This document shows, in pieces, positions 53,512-61,042 of a stretch of 61,042 nucleotides of DNA. The translations under genes and the position numbers were made by a program. Location of the stretch: NCBI GenBank assembly GCA_018302335.1, contig JAGVZT010000047.1, positions 1-61,042 of the forward strand, in the 5' to 3' direction. Under the pieces are notes generated by a model. It saw only the letters and a list, made by a program, of their open reading frames with translations, searched no databases and was not told where the DNA came from. The DNA is from Candidatus Woesearchaeota archaeon (GTDB lineage Archaea; Nanobdellota; Nanobdellia; Woesearchaeales; JAGVZT01). Every line of letters begins with the position of its first letter. Position 1 is the first letter of the stretch.

Positions 53512-53575
53512 GCAACACCATGAGTCCGATGCGCTTTATGAATGTTACGCCGCAGCGGCCGGAGAATCTCCGGCG

Positions 53576-54433
53576 CTAGAACTCCCTCAGGAACTTCACC
53601 AGCTCGCGCGCCTCCTGCAGCTCGAGGAACTCCTCCTTGCGCATGGACGGCAAATCCTTGTCCTTCGGTGCGCGTTCGTCAAAGATGACCAGGTTGTCCG
53701 CGTCCAGCAGTCGGGAGAGGGACTGCATCTCCGGATGGACCTTGCCCATCTCGGTGAAGATGAGCTCGCGGTCCTGGCGGGCGATGACGTCGAAGGGCGC
53801 CTTCCGGAACTCCTGGACCCTGAAGCCCAGCTCAGAGTATTTGAGCGAGATCTCGTCCTGTGGTTGAGCATAGTCGAGGGGGATATCGAAGAGCTCCACA
53901 GGGAGGAAGACATCTTCTCCCAGGACCTCGTGGATGCGGAATCCGCGCTGCAGGGTCACCTCGGAGTCGCTCTCGTAGCGGTCCAGCATCCTCGGCGATA
54001 CGCCGAGCCTGCGGGATAGCTCCAGCCGGGAGAGTTCCATCTCGTCGCGCTTCGCGCGCACCTTCTGGCCGGAGAGCCTGAGGGTGGGTCCCGCGGAGGT
54101 GCTGAGCACCATGGGCAGCCGGTCGTGGAGGCTCTCGCGGAAGGTCTCCATGGTGGTGGTGTATACCCCGAACCTGCTGTACACGATTCCCGGCTCCAGA
54201 GGGCGTCCTGCGCGTTCCGCGATGACCAGCACCGAGGCATTGACCATGCCTGCGGCGCGCTTCATCTCTGCAGCTCCCTCTGGAGTGAGAGCGTTGGCAT
54301 CGCCCAGCATGCGCAGCAGCAGGGTGTGCTCCCCGCGCGCCACGAGGTCGAAGCATCCCCGCACGCGCTTGATGGCGTACCCCTCCTTCAAGAGGGTGAC
54401 ACATGCCTGCTCGATGAGGTCCTCCTTGCCCAT
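53576..54433 (-). CDS. Archaeal putative transcriptional regulator with a central XRE-type HTH (COG1395-like)
   Basis: 285 aa. Central HTH region LSGQKVRAKRDEMELSRLELSRRLGVSPRMLDRYE, flanked by N- and C-terminal domains as in the conserved archaeal family. Confidence 0.78.
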   Translation of the reverse strand: MGKEDLIEQACVTLLKEGYAIKRVRGCFDLVARGEHTLLLRMLGDANALTPEGAAEMKRAAGMVNASVLVIAERAGRPLEPGIVYSRFGVYTTTMETFRESLHDRLPMVLSTSAGPTLRLSGQKVRAKRDEMELSRLELSRRLGVSPRMLDRYESDSEVTLQRGFRIHEVLGEDVFLPVELFDIPLDYAQPQDEISLKYSELGFRVQEFRKAPFDVIARQDRELIFTEMGKVHPEMQSLSRLLDADNLVIFDERAPKDKDLPSMRKEEFLELQEARELVKFLREF

Positions 54434-54453
54434 GGGTGAGACAAGGATGCCGT

Positions 54454-54466
54454 CCCTTTAAAAAAC
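54454..54466. promoter_or_regulatory. Single A/T box centred between two divergent start codons
   Basis: CCCTTTAAAAAAC. 21 nt from ATG 54433 (minus strand) and 22 nt from GTG 54488 (plus strand). Confidence 0.55.
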
Positions 54467-54487
54467 TTATGATTTAACCATCGCGCT

Positions 54488-55657
54488 GTGGCAACATTTA
54501 AGAATGGACAGCCGCTCTCTTGGGTCATGGGGCTCGGGAAAGCGACGCTCATCACCGGAGTGCTTGCCGGCTCCGCCCTGCTTGGGGGCATTGCTGGTTT
54601 CCGGAGCGTCACTTCCGATGACCGGCCGGCGGTGGCCATGAGCCCCGCCCCGCAGGAGCTTGATGGCATCGTGGTGCGCGAGCGCCTGGAACTGCTCCCC
54701 ACCGGGCCTGACATCGGCGGATACACCCTTTTCGAGGACCGCTACACCCTCGTGGTGATGGATTCCTGCGTTCCGAGGACGGTGCAGTTCAGCGCCATCG
54801 CCGTGGGGGACACCTCGCGCTACGAGGATTATGATTTCCGGGTGCGCCCGGGAGATAGGGTGCGGGTCAGCGTGCTTCCCGACGGCGACCTGTTCAAGGG
54901 CGTTGCCCTCATCGCGTACGGCGACCCGAGCGGAGCGGCGCAGTGCGACGGCGTCGAGGCTGCGTTCCAGGCTGCGCTCCGCGAGGCGGAGCGGAGCATG
55001 CCGCTCGACCAGCTCCTCTCTCTCGGATGGTACGCCGAACAGGACGCATATCTCCTGAGGACACTTTCCTCGGCCGAGCTGTGGGAGGAGTATCGGGATG
55101 CCGATGCGCTCCGCGAATCTGTGCGGGAACGTCTGCAGGCCGCGAGCCCGAGCACCTGTCCCACGGGCATGGAGAATCTTGAGCTGCTGAACCATGCCGA
55201 GCTGATTCGCGCGAGCCTGCTTTTAGACTATATCGATAATCCCGAGAACCAGCGCTCCATCATGGAGGAGCTTGCTGCCGACCGGGCCGACACCCGGACG
55301 GAATATGGCGGGGCGTTCGCGCTCCAGGATGGTGGCCTGATGCGGCTCCGCATGGCCTCGACCTGCCGGGGAGGGTGTAAGGATTACGAGTATTCATTTC
55401 CCACGGTCGCGCTCCGGCCGAATGTCGCGCTGCACTACCATAACCATACGATGCCAGGATTCCTGGAGCCCGATGCAGCGTTCCGCCACGATGCCTGTCC
55501 CTCTCCGGAGATTTCTCCTGGCGTAGGGGACCTCAGTGTCGCGCAGGGCGCGGGGAGCGATGGCGTCGTGTTCTCGGAGGAGGACGCCGCGTTCGGCACA
55601 GTGCTCTACACCGACAGCGGGGTGCTGCTCGACCTCGGGATACGCCTCCTGCCATAA
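54488..55657 (+). CDS. Membrane-anchored or secreted hypothetical protein (389 aa)
   Basis: N-terminal hydrophobic anchor GLGKATLITGVLAGSALLGGIAGF. GTG start at leaderless distance. No family assigned. Confidence 0.55.
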   Translation: MATFKNGQPLSWVMGLGKATLITGVLAGSALLGGIAGFRSVTSDDRPAVAMSPAPQELDGIVVRERLELLPTGPDIGGYTLFEDRYTLVVMDSCVPRTVQFSAIAVGDTSRYEDYDFRVRPGDRVRVSVLPDGDLFKGVALIAYGDPSGAAQCDGVEAAFQAALREAERSMPLDQLLSLGWYAEQDAYLLRTLSSAELWEEYRDADALRESVRERLQAASPSTCPTGMENLELLNHAELIRASLLLDYIDNPENQRSIMEELAADRADTRTEYGGAFALQDGGLMRLRMASTCRGGCKDYEYSFPTVALRPNVALHYHNHTMPGFLEPDAAFRHDACPSPEISPGVGDLSVAQGAGSDGVVFSEEDAAFGTVLYTDSGVLLDLGIRLLP

Positions 55658-55667
55658 TCATTATAAG
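55657..55667 (+). promoter_or_regulatory. TATA box for hutU
   Basis: ATCATTATAAG, 23 nt upstream of ATG 55690. Overlaps the previous stop codon. Confidence 0.55.
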
Positions 55668-55689
55668 TCCGTAAACCCGCTGCCTCCGC

Positions 55690-57396
55690 ATGGACGAGCT
55701 CGCCCGCTTCGGCCGGCCGATGCGGATGGACCTGAAGCCGAAGAAGCCGATTCTCGCGCCCACCGGCCCGAAGACCTGCGCGACCTGGGATGCCGAGGCT
55801 GCGATGCGGATGCTGATGAACAACCTTCATCCGCAGGTCGCGCTGGACTGGGAGCAGCTGGTCGTCTACGGCGGCTCCGGGCGCGCCGCGCGGAACTGGC
55901 AAGCGTATCACGACATCATCGTGTCGCTGAAGAAGCTGAAGGCGGATGAGACCCTCTGCGTCCAGAGCGGGAAGCCGGTGTACGTCGCGCGGACCTTCGA
56001 GCACGCCCCGCGCGTGGTCATCGCGAACAGCAACCTCGTCCCAAAGTGGGCCACCCCGGAGAACTTCTCCCGGCTCGATATGCTGGGACTGACGATGTAC
56101 GGCCAGATGACCGCAGGCTCGTGGATCTACATCGGCACCCAGGGCATCCTGCAAGGGACCTACGAGACGCTGAGCGCGTGCGCGAAGCGCGAGTTCAGAA
56201 CAGACTCCCTGAAAGGGAAGTTCCTCCTCAGCGCAGGGATGGGTGCGATGTCCGGCGCACAACCCCTTGCGGCGTCGATGTGCCACGCCGCCGCGCTCAT
56301 CGTCGAGGCGCGCAAGGAGCGCATCGGGCGAAAGGTCAAGGAAGGGTACTGCGACCGCATGACGGAGTCGCTGGACGAGGGGCTTGCCTGGGTGCTGGAC
56401 GCGAAGCAGCGCAAAGAGGGGCTGAGCGTGGGCCTTGTGGGCAATGCTGCCGAAGTCCATCCGGAACTGGTGCGCAGGAACATCATCCCCGATGTGGTGA
56501 CGGACCAGACCAGCGCCCACGACCTGCTGAGCTACGTTCCCGAGGGGGATATCCCGGAGCTCGACGCCCTGCGCGTCCAGAATCCCGAAGCATACCGCGC
56601 GCGTTCCCTGGCCTCCGTGCGGAAGCATGTCGCCGCGATGCTGGCGATGCAGGCGCGCGGCGCGGTGTGCTTCGACTACGGCAACAACCTGCGCCAGCAG
56701 GCCGAACTCGCGGGCCTCCGGGTGCGCGATGGCCGGGGAACATACCTCTATGATGGCTTCGTCCCGCGCTACATCAGGCCGCTCTTCTGCGAGGGCAAGG
56801 GCCCCTTCCGGTGGGCCGCTCTCTCCGGCAGCGTGGAGGATATCCGGCGGATGGACGAGAGGCTGCTGAAGCTGTTCCCGAAAGACCGGGCGCTGGCGCG
56901 CTGGATCCGGCTCGCATCGGAAAAGGTGCCGCAGCTCGGCCTCCCCTCGAGGATATGCTGGCTCGCGTACGGCGACCGCGCGACGTTCGGCCTGGCCATC
57001 AACGACATGGTCCGCTCGAAAGAGCTCGGGGCTCCGGTGGTCATCGGCCGGGACCATCTCGATTGCGGCTCCGTCGCATCGCCCGAGCGCGAGACCGAGG
57101 GGATGGCCGACGGCAGCGACGCCATCGCGGACTGGCCCCTGCTGAACTTCGCGCTCAACACCGCAGCGGGCGCGTCCTGGGTGAGCTTCCATCATGGCGG
57201 AGGAGTCGGCATCGGGAATTCGCTCCACGCGGGGATGGTCATTGTCGCGGATGGCAGCGCGAAACGCGCCGAGCGTCTTGAACGCGTTCTCACCGTGGAC
57301 CCAGGCATCGGGGTCGCGCGCCATGCGGACGCGGGCTATCCCGAGGCGCTTCGCGCCGCGCGCAAGGGGGTGCGCATCCCGGGCAAGATTTCTTAA
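55690..57396 (+). CDS. hutU: Urocanate hydratase
   Basis: 568 aa. [71 protein letters not shown]. Confidence 0.93.
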   Translation: MDELARFGRPMRMDLKPKKPILAPTGPKTCATWDAEAAMRMLMNNLHPQVALDWEQLVVYGGSGRAARNWQAYHDIIVSLKKLKADETLCVQSGKPVYVARTFEHAPRVVIANSNLVPKWATPENFSRLDMLGLTMYGQMTAGSWIYIGTQGILQGTYETLSACAKREFRTDSLKGKFLLSAGMGAMSGAQPLAASMCHAAALIVEARKERIGRKVKEGYCDRMTESLDEGLAWVLDAKQRKEGLSVGLVGNAAEVHPELVRRNIIPDVVTDQTSAHDLLSYVPEGDIPELDALRVQNPEAYRARSLASVRKHVAAMLAMQARGAVCFDYGNNLRQQAELAGLRVRDGRGTYLYDGFVPRYIRPLFCEGKGPFRWAALSGSVEDIRRMDERLLKLFPKDRALARWIRLASEKVPQLGLPSRICWLAYGDRATFGLAINDMVRSKELGAPVVIGRDHLDCGSVASPERETEGMADGSDAIADWPLLNFALNTAAGASWVSFHHGGGVGIGNSLHAGMVIVADGSAKRAERLERVLTVDPGIGVARHADAGYPEALRAARKGVRIPGKIS

Positions 57397-57420
57397 AGAG
57401 CGGCTGGTTCCTTTGAGGGG

Positions 57421-58185
57421 ATGCTGCTCCTGACCAACGACGACGGCTACCGCGCCAGGGGATTGCGCGCACTTGCGGATGCGGTTCAGAACCTGGACGA
57501 CCTCGTCATCGTCGCCCCGCTCGGCAACCGCAGCGGCATCGGGCACACGATTTCCTTCAAGGAAGTGCGCGTGCAGCAACGTCTCTACGCGGGCAGGGAG
57601 ATGCTCACCCTGAGCAGCAGCCCCTCGGACTGCGCCTCCTACGGCCTTGAGGCGCTGCTCCCCCGGCCGGAATACGTGCTCTCCGGGGTGAACCGCGGCA
57701 CCAATTCCGGGATGAGCCTCTACATGTCCGGCACCATCGCTGCGGCGAGGCAGGCCGCTATCCTGGGGGTTCCTGGCATCGCGGTGTCCGCAGCGGGATT
57801 CGAGGACCCGGATTACGACCTTGCGGCCGCGTTCGGCCGGGAGTTCTTCCTCTGGCTGCGCGCCGCCCAGGTCGAAGGATGCTACTTCAACCTTGTCGCT
57901 CCGAAGAAAAACCTGCCACGTCAGGGTGTCGCGGTCACCAGGCCCTCGCTCGACAAGGACCTGCGCTCGCGTTGGGAACTCCAGCCCTCAGGCAAGTACC
58001 TGCACCGCACGGAATGGCTTCCCTCGACAGAGAGGTGGAGCGACCAGTGGGCCCTGGACCGCGGCTATCTCACCCTGACGGTGAACACCCTCGACCGGGA
58101 CTGCGCCCGCGCCGAGGCGCTCGAGGAGCGCATCTTCTCCGAGTTCAGGTTCGCAGGGCTGCCCACCGTTCTGCCGGCTCCGTAG
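57421..58185 (+). CDS. surE: 5'/3'-nucleotidase SurE
   Basis: MLLLTNDDGYRARGLRALA, GVNRGTNSG, SGTIAAARQAA. Confidence 0.9.
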   Translation: MLLLTNDDGYRARGLRALADAVQNLDDLVIVAPLGNRSGIGHTISFKEVRVQQRLYAGREMLTLSSSPSDCASYGLEALLPRPEYVLSGVNRGTNSGMSLYMSGTIAAARQAAILGVPGIAVSAAGFEDPDYDLAAAFGREFFLWLRAAQVEGCYFNLVAPKKNLPRQGVAVTRPSLDKDLRSRWELQPSGKYLHRTEWLPSTERWSDQWALDRGYLTLTVNTLDRDCARAEALEERIFSEFRFAGLPTVLPAP

Positions 58186-58195
58186 GAAGAGTCGT

Positions 58196-58263
58196 CGGCC
58201 ATGCTGCTCAGAAGTACCGGCATGCCGGCAGGACCTTCCGGAACTTGTGCGGCCTGGCGGCCG
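58196..58263 (-). repeat. CGGCCG-bounded intergenic repeat, copy R (68 bp)
   Basis: CGGCCATGCTGCTCAGAAGTACCGGCATGCCGGCAGGACCTTCCGGAACTTGTGCGGCCTGGCGGCCG. Confidence 0.7.
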
Positions 58264-58288
58264 GATTTTCAAAGTCCCCGCGACCGAA

Positions 58289-58303
58289 GGATATATAATA
58301 AGG
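58289..58303 (+). promoter_or_regulatory. TATA box
   Basis: GGATATATAATAAGG, 19 nt upstream of ATG 58322. Confidence 0.6.
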
Positions 58304-58321
58304 CATCTCGCCGCAGGCTGC

Positions 58322-58729
58322 ATGGCAAAGTTCAAGCCCACGATGGAGATGCCCCACGCGAAAATCCTCATCGTGGACGACTCCTCATTCACCCGGGAGC
58401 TGGTCTCGAAGATGCTTGTCCAGGCGGGATTCTCGAAGCCCCTGGAGGCGGAGAGCGCGGGCAGCGCTCTGGGCGCGGTCAAGGCGAACAAGCCGGACCT
58501 GCTCATCCTGGACATCGACCTCGGAGGGGAGCTGGACGGCGTCGATGTCCTCCGCGCGGTGAAGAGGGACACTCCCGCGGTGAAGGTCATCGTGCTCTCC
58601 GCGCTGTCGCAGCGCCTGCTCGAGGAGAAGCTCATGGAGGAGCAGGCCGATGCATTCATCGTCAAGCCCTTCCGGCAGGAGCAGCTCCTCTTCGCGGTGG
58701 GCCTCGCGCTCGGCTACGACGTGATGTAG
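58322..58729 (+). CDS. Stand-alone response-regulator receiver domain (CheY-like)
   Basis: KILIVDDSSFTR, phospho-acceptor context DLLILDIDLGG, VIVLSAL, FIVKPF. 135 aa. Confidence 0.85.
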   Translation: MAKFKPTMEMPHAKILIVDDSSFTRELVSKMLVQAGFSKPLEAESAGSALGAVKANKPDLLILDIDLGGELDGVDVLRAVKRDTPAVKVIVLSALSQRLLEEKLMEEQADAFIVKPFRQEQLLFAVGLALGYDVM

Positions 58730-58732
58730 AGG

Positions 58733-58794
58733 CGGCCGCATTGCGGAGGATATCGGGGTTTTGATGAGACGGATAATGTACGGCACTGCAGCCG
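58733..58794 (-). repeat. CGGCCG-bounded intergenic repeat, copy S (62 bp, divergent distal half)
   Basis: CGGCCGCATTGCGGAGGATATCGGGGTTTTGATGAGACGGATAATGTACGGCACTGCAGCCG. Confidence 0.6.
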
Positions 58795-58824
58795 AGGAGA
58801 GCTTTTCTGCCGGGCCGATGTAAA

Positions 58825-58836
58825 CATTTAATAAGG
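58825..58836 (+). promoter_or_regulatory. TATA box
   Basis: CATTTAATAAGG. 27 nt upstream of TTG 58863 and 33 nt upstream of ATG 58869. Confidence 0.55.
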
Positions 58837-58868
58837 CCTTTTTCCCAGAGCCGCCTGAGGGATTGCAC

Positions 58869-59720
58869 ATGGAATTCAAGATGGAGAAGCGTACCATCGG
58901 CAGGCAGAAGGAGGAGGTCCGTCAGGAGGACTTCGAGCTCGCGTACAAGTTCTCCAAGATTCTCTTCCGCGAGATGGGCGACATGCTCAAGGCCCTGGTG
59001 CTCTTCGGCTCCACTGCGCGCACGGGGCGCAAGGAGAAGGACATCGACCTCCTGGTCATCGTGGACGACGTCACGGTGCGCATATCACCGGAGCTGGTGG
59101 AGACCTACCGCATCATCACCGAGAAGGCCGTCGTCGAGGTGAGCGAGCGGCTGCACATCACCTCCATGAAGTTCAGCTCCTTCTGGGAATACGCGCGCGC
59201 CGGGGATCCGGTGGCCGTGAACATCCTCCGCGAGGGCATTCCCCTCATCGACGCGGGCTTCTTCCGGCCGCTGCAGGCGCTGCTCTTCGACGGGCGCATC
59301 CGTCCGAGCCCCGAGAGCGTCTGGACCTACTTCGCGCGCTCGCCGCGCGCGCTCTTCTCCGCGCGCAGGCACGTCCTCGGCGCGGTCCTCGACCTCTACT
59401 GGGCCGTGGTGGACAGCGCCCACGCCTCGCTGATGATGCTCAACGTCACCCCGCCGAGCCCGGACCATGTGGCGGAGCTGCTGGACAAGATGCTCGTCGC
59501 GCGGGGACTGCTCAAGCCGCACCACGTCGAGACCATGAAGAAGTTCTACGACCTCCAGAAGCGCGTCGTCCACCGTGAGCTCAAGGAGCTCAAAGGCGCA
59601 GAGTACGACGAGCTCTACAAGGAGGCCGCGGCGTTCGTCGATGACATGAAGCGCTTCGTCGAGAGCCGGGAGTTCGCCTCCGACGGGAAAAAGCACCCTT
59701 CCGCACGCAAGGCACCATAA
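58869..59720 (+). CDS. Pol-beta-superfamily nucleotidyltransferase domain protein with a C-terminal helical domain
   Basis: Minimal NTase motif LVLFGSTARTGRKEKDIDLLVIVDD (GS...D.D), followed by a ~170-aa helical region. No clear HEPN Rx4-6H motif seen. Confidence 0.72.
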   Translation: MEFKMEKRTIGRQKEEVRQEDFELAYKFSKILFREMGDMLKALVLFGSTARTGRKEKDIDLLVIVDDVTVRISPELVETYRIITEKAVVEVSERLHITSMKFSSFWEYARAGDPVAVNILREGIPLIDAGFFRPLQALLFDGRIRPSPESVWTYFARSPRALFSARRHVLGAVLDLYWAVVDSAHASLMMLNVTPPSPDHVAELLDKMLVARGLLKPHHVETMKKFYDLQKRVVHRELKELKGAEYDELYKEAAAFVDDMKRFVESREFASDGKKHPSARKAP

Positions 59721-59786
59721 GGTTTTTATAGGGGCACCCCCGAGGGAATCCGAACGGCGACGAGTGCGTCGACGGGAGGAACCGCA

Positions 59787-59915
59787 ATGGCAAAAGTGCA
59801 GAAGGTTTTCAAGGCAGGCATCAAGAAGGAGAAGGGCTACCTGTACTTCATCGACAAGCAGGGCGACATCTCCCGCGCTGCCATGGTGCGTGGCGGGAAG
59901 AAGGGCAAGAAATAA
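59787..59915 (+). CDS. Small, highly basic protein (42 aa), below the ORF-track cutoff
   Basis: MAKVQKVFKAGIKKEKGYLYFIDKQGDISRAAMVRGGKKGKK*. GGGAGGA SD (59774-59780) lies 6 nt upstream of the ATG. A T7 tract follows. Confidence 0.5.
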   Translation: MAKVQKVFKAGIKKEKGYLYFIDKQGDISRAAMVRGGKKGKK

Positions 59916-59932
59916 GCGTGCCCTCTCTATGA

Positions 59933-59939
59933 TTTTTTT
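59933..59939 (+). terminator. Oligo-T tract (T7) plus a T-rich stretch downstream of the small basic protein gene
   Basis: GATTTTTTTG, then TTCTTCTTTTTCTTTTCC. Confidence 0.5.
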
Positions 59940-59970
59940 GTCACATATTCTTCTTTTTCTTTTCCACTTT

Positions 59971-59980
59971 CCTTAAATCC
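59971..59980 (+). promoter_or_regulatory. TATA-like box
   Basis: CCTTAAATCC, 24 nt upstream of ATG 60004. Confidence 0.45.
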
Positions 59981-60003
59981 TCAGGCATCCTTCTATCCTC
60001 GGT

Positions 60004-60741
60004 ATGACATACCTGTCATCGGGACCCCTGTATCGTGCCCCTGCGTACGCGCGCCCTGCCAGCGCTGTGCCGGCGGCTGCGTATGCGACGGAGGCCATGC
60101 CGGTCTATTCGGCGGATATCGACATCCCGGTGTACCAGGGCCGCGGGCATGCCCCCTATATGCCCCCGTTCGACCCGCGGCCCTTCCTTCTTCCCGGCAG
60201 GCCGGAGGCGCAGTTCGTCGGCAGGGCGTCCCAGCTTGAAAGCGTTGTCCGCGAGGCCTTCACCGCGACGACCGGGCAGCCGCTTCCCTACGGCATCACG
60301 ATACATGTCAACACCCCGGCCGAACTGAAGGGTATCCACTCTCGTCTTGGCGGCGTGTGGAGCGAGGGCATCCAGGGCTTCGCCCTGAACAGCCGGAGCA
60401 GCATCTTCCTCCGCGAAGGCCCACTGGACGAGGTTCTCCTGGTCGCAGGCCACGAGCTCGGCCACGTGCTCACCCCGCAGCTGCCCTCCATGCGGGACGA
60501 GGAGGCGAAGGCCTTTGCGTTCGAGCTGGCGTGGATGCAGGCCATCCACCGCGAGGACATCGCAGGGCTGCGAGGCAGCATCCGCCTGGGAGCGCCTGCG
60601 CGGAATGGGCTGCACAACGTCGCGCTGGACTTCGTCCTCGGTGCGCTGCGCAAGGGTGCCGACGCCCTTGAGCTCTTCCGGAGCATCGCGGCAGGCACCC
60701 TTTCGGCCTCACAGAAGTCCATGTTTATTACTACTAATTAG
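60004..60741 (+). CDS. Putative zinc metalloprotease-like protein (HELGH), with a Tyr/Pro/Ala-rich N-terminal region
   Basis: LLVAGHELGHVLTP with downstream EEAKAFAFELAW (candidate third ligand Glu). N-terminus GPLYRAPAYARPASAVPAAAYATEAMPVY. Confidence 0.55.
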   Translation: MTYLSSGPLYRAPAYARPASAVPAAAYATEAMPVYSADIDIPVYQGRGHAPYMPPFDPRPFLLPGRPEAQFVGRASQLESVVREAFTATTGQPLPYGITIHVNTPAELKGIHSRLGGVWSEGIQGFALNSRSSIFLREGPLDEVLLVAGHELGHVLTPQLPSMRDEEAKAFAFELAWMQAIHREDIAGLRGSIRLGAPARNGLHNVALDFVLGALRKGADALELFRSIAAGTLSASQKSMFITTN

Positions 60742-60756
60742 TTCTGAAAATAGAAA

Positions 60757-60767
60757 CATTTATATAC
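60757..60767 (+). promoter_or_regulatory. TATA box
   Basis: CATTTATATAC, 22 nt upstream of ATG 60789. Confidence 0.6.
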
Positions 60768-60788
60768 TTGCGATGCCCCGTACTCAGT

Positions 60789-61042
60789 ATGGCAAACGAC
60801 CAGCCCTATGGAACTCCGGCGGATGATTCCCACTACAGGTCAGACCGCAAGGGCGAGCCCGAGCAGAAGGACCTTGAGGGCGCCCAGCGCCGGGTGGAGC
60901 AGCTGAGCGGCGCGAGCCATCTCCATGCGCTCCTTGAGGCCAACGGCTTCTCCGACACCCTCTCCGTCGAGCAGCGCATCTCGCTCACCGATTTGATGGC
61001 CCGGCAGGGCCTGGAGAGGACCGATCTCGGCGCTGCCTTGCA
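60789..61042 (+). CDS. Hypothetical protein, 5' part only (runs off the window end)
   Basis: MANDQPYGTPADDSHYRSDRKGEPEQKDLEGAQRRVEQLSGASHLHALLEANGF... Open to the window edge, with a leaderless-distance TATA box. Confidence 0.4.
   Translation, partial: MANDQPYGTPADDSHYRSDRKGEPEQKDLEGAQRRVEQLSGASHLHALLEANGFSDTLSVEQRISLTDLMARQGLERTDLGAAL

Noticed and set aside
55200-55657. JAMM/MPN-type metalloprotease motif in the C-terminal part of 54488..55657 (TEYGGAF ... HYHNHT ... CPSPEISPGVGD)
   Set aside because: The spacing does not satisfy the E-x(n)-HxH-x7-S-xx-D signature: about 17 residues separate HxH from the Ser, and no SxxD is present. The resemblance is superficial.
58755-58830. C/D-box sRNA candidate suggested by TGATGA at 58761-58766
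   Set aside because: No CTGA D box at an appropriate distance and no terminal stem. The TGATGA lies inside repeat copy S.

Overview
High-GC archaeal chromosomal segment; hand-counted 60-nt lines are mostly about 60-68% GC. Archaeal origin is supported by EF-1alpha, uS7, uS10, GatD/GatE and TATA boxes 21-33 nt upstream of most start codons, which implies largely leaderless mRNAs. About 65 tightly packed protein genes plus one tRNA-Ser(GGA). Much of the recognisable coding content is central carbon and acetyl-CoA metabolism: PPDK, a short pyruvate kinase, a four-subunit 2-oxoacid:ferredoxin oxidoreductase, acetate kinase, citrate synthase-IDH, a fused CoA-transferase, an AMP-forming acyl-CoA synthetase and a thiolase-like/DUF35 fusion. 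The rest is transporters, housekeeping genes and many unassignable small proteins. The most striking feature is non-coding: at least 20 copies of a 56-71 bp (modal 68 bp) CGGCCG-bounded, imperfectly palindromic repeat fill many of the larger intergenic spacers, and 15 of them lie 25-42 bp from a TATA box. Other candidates for follow-up: a divergent tandem-ATP-grasp / FemAB-like GNAT / M14 peptidase / GH15 locus (possible peptide-ligase system); an SD-coupled pair of an AAA+ ATPase and an unknown partner; a thiolase-DUF35 fusion apparently lacking the nucleophilic Cys; a secreted protein with five 8-Cys repeats whose start overlaps the acetate kinase stop; a canonical heme oxygenase abutting the tRNA; a local GC trough; a decayed RelE/ParE toxin; and an orphan PIN gene. 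No CRISPR array, rRNA, transposase or integrase was seen. All calls rest on by-eye motif recognition; no database search was possible.
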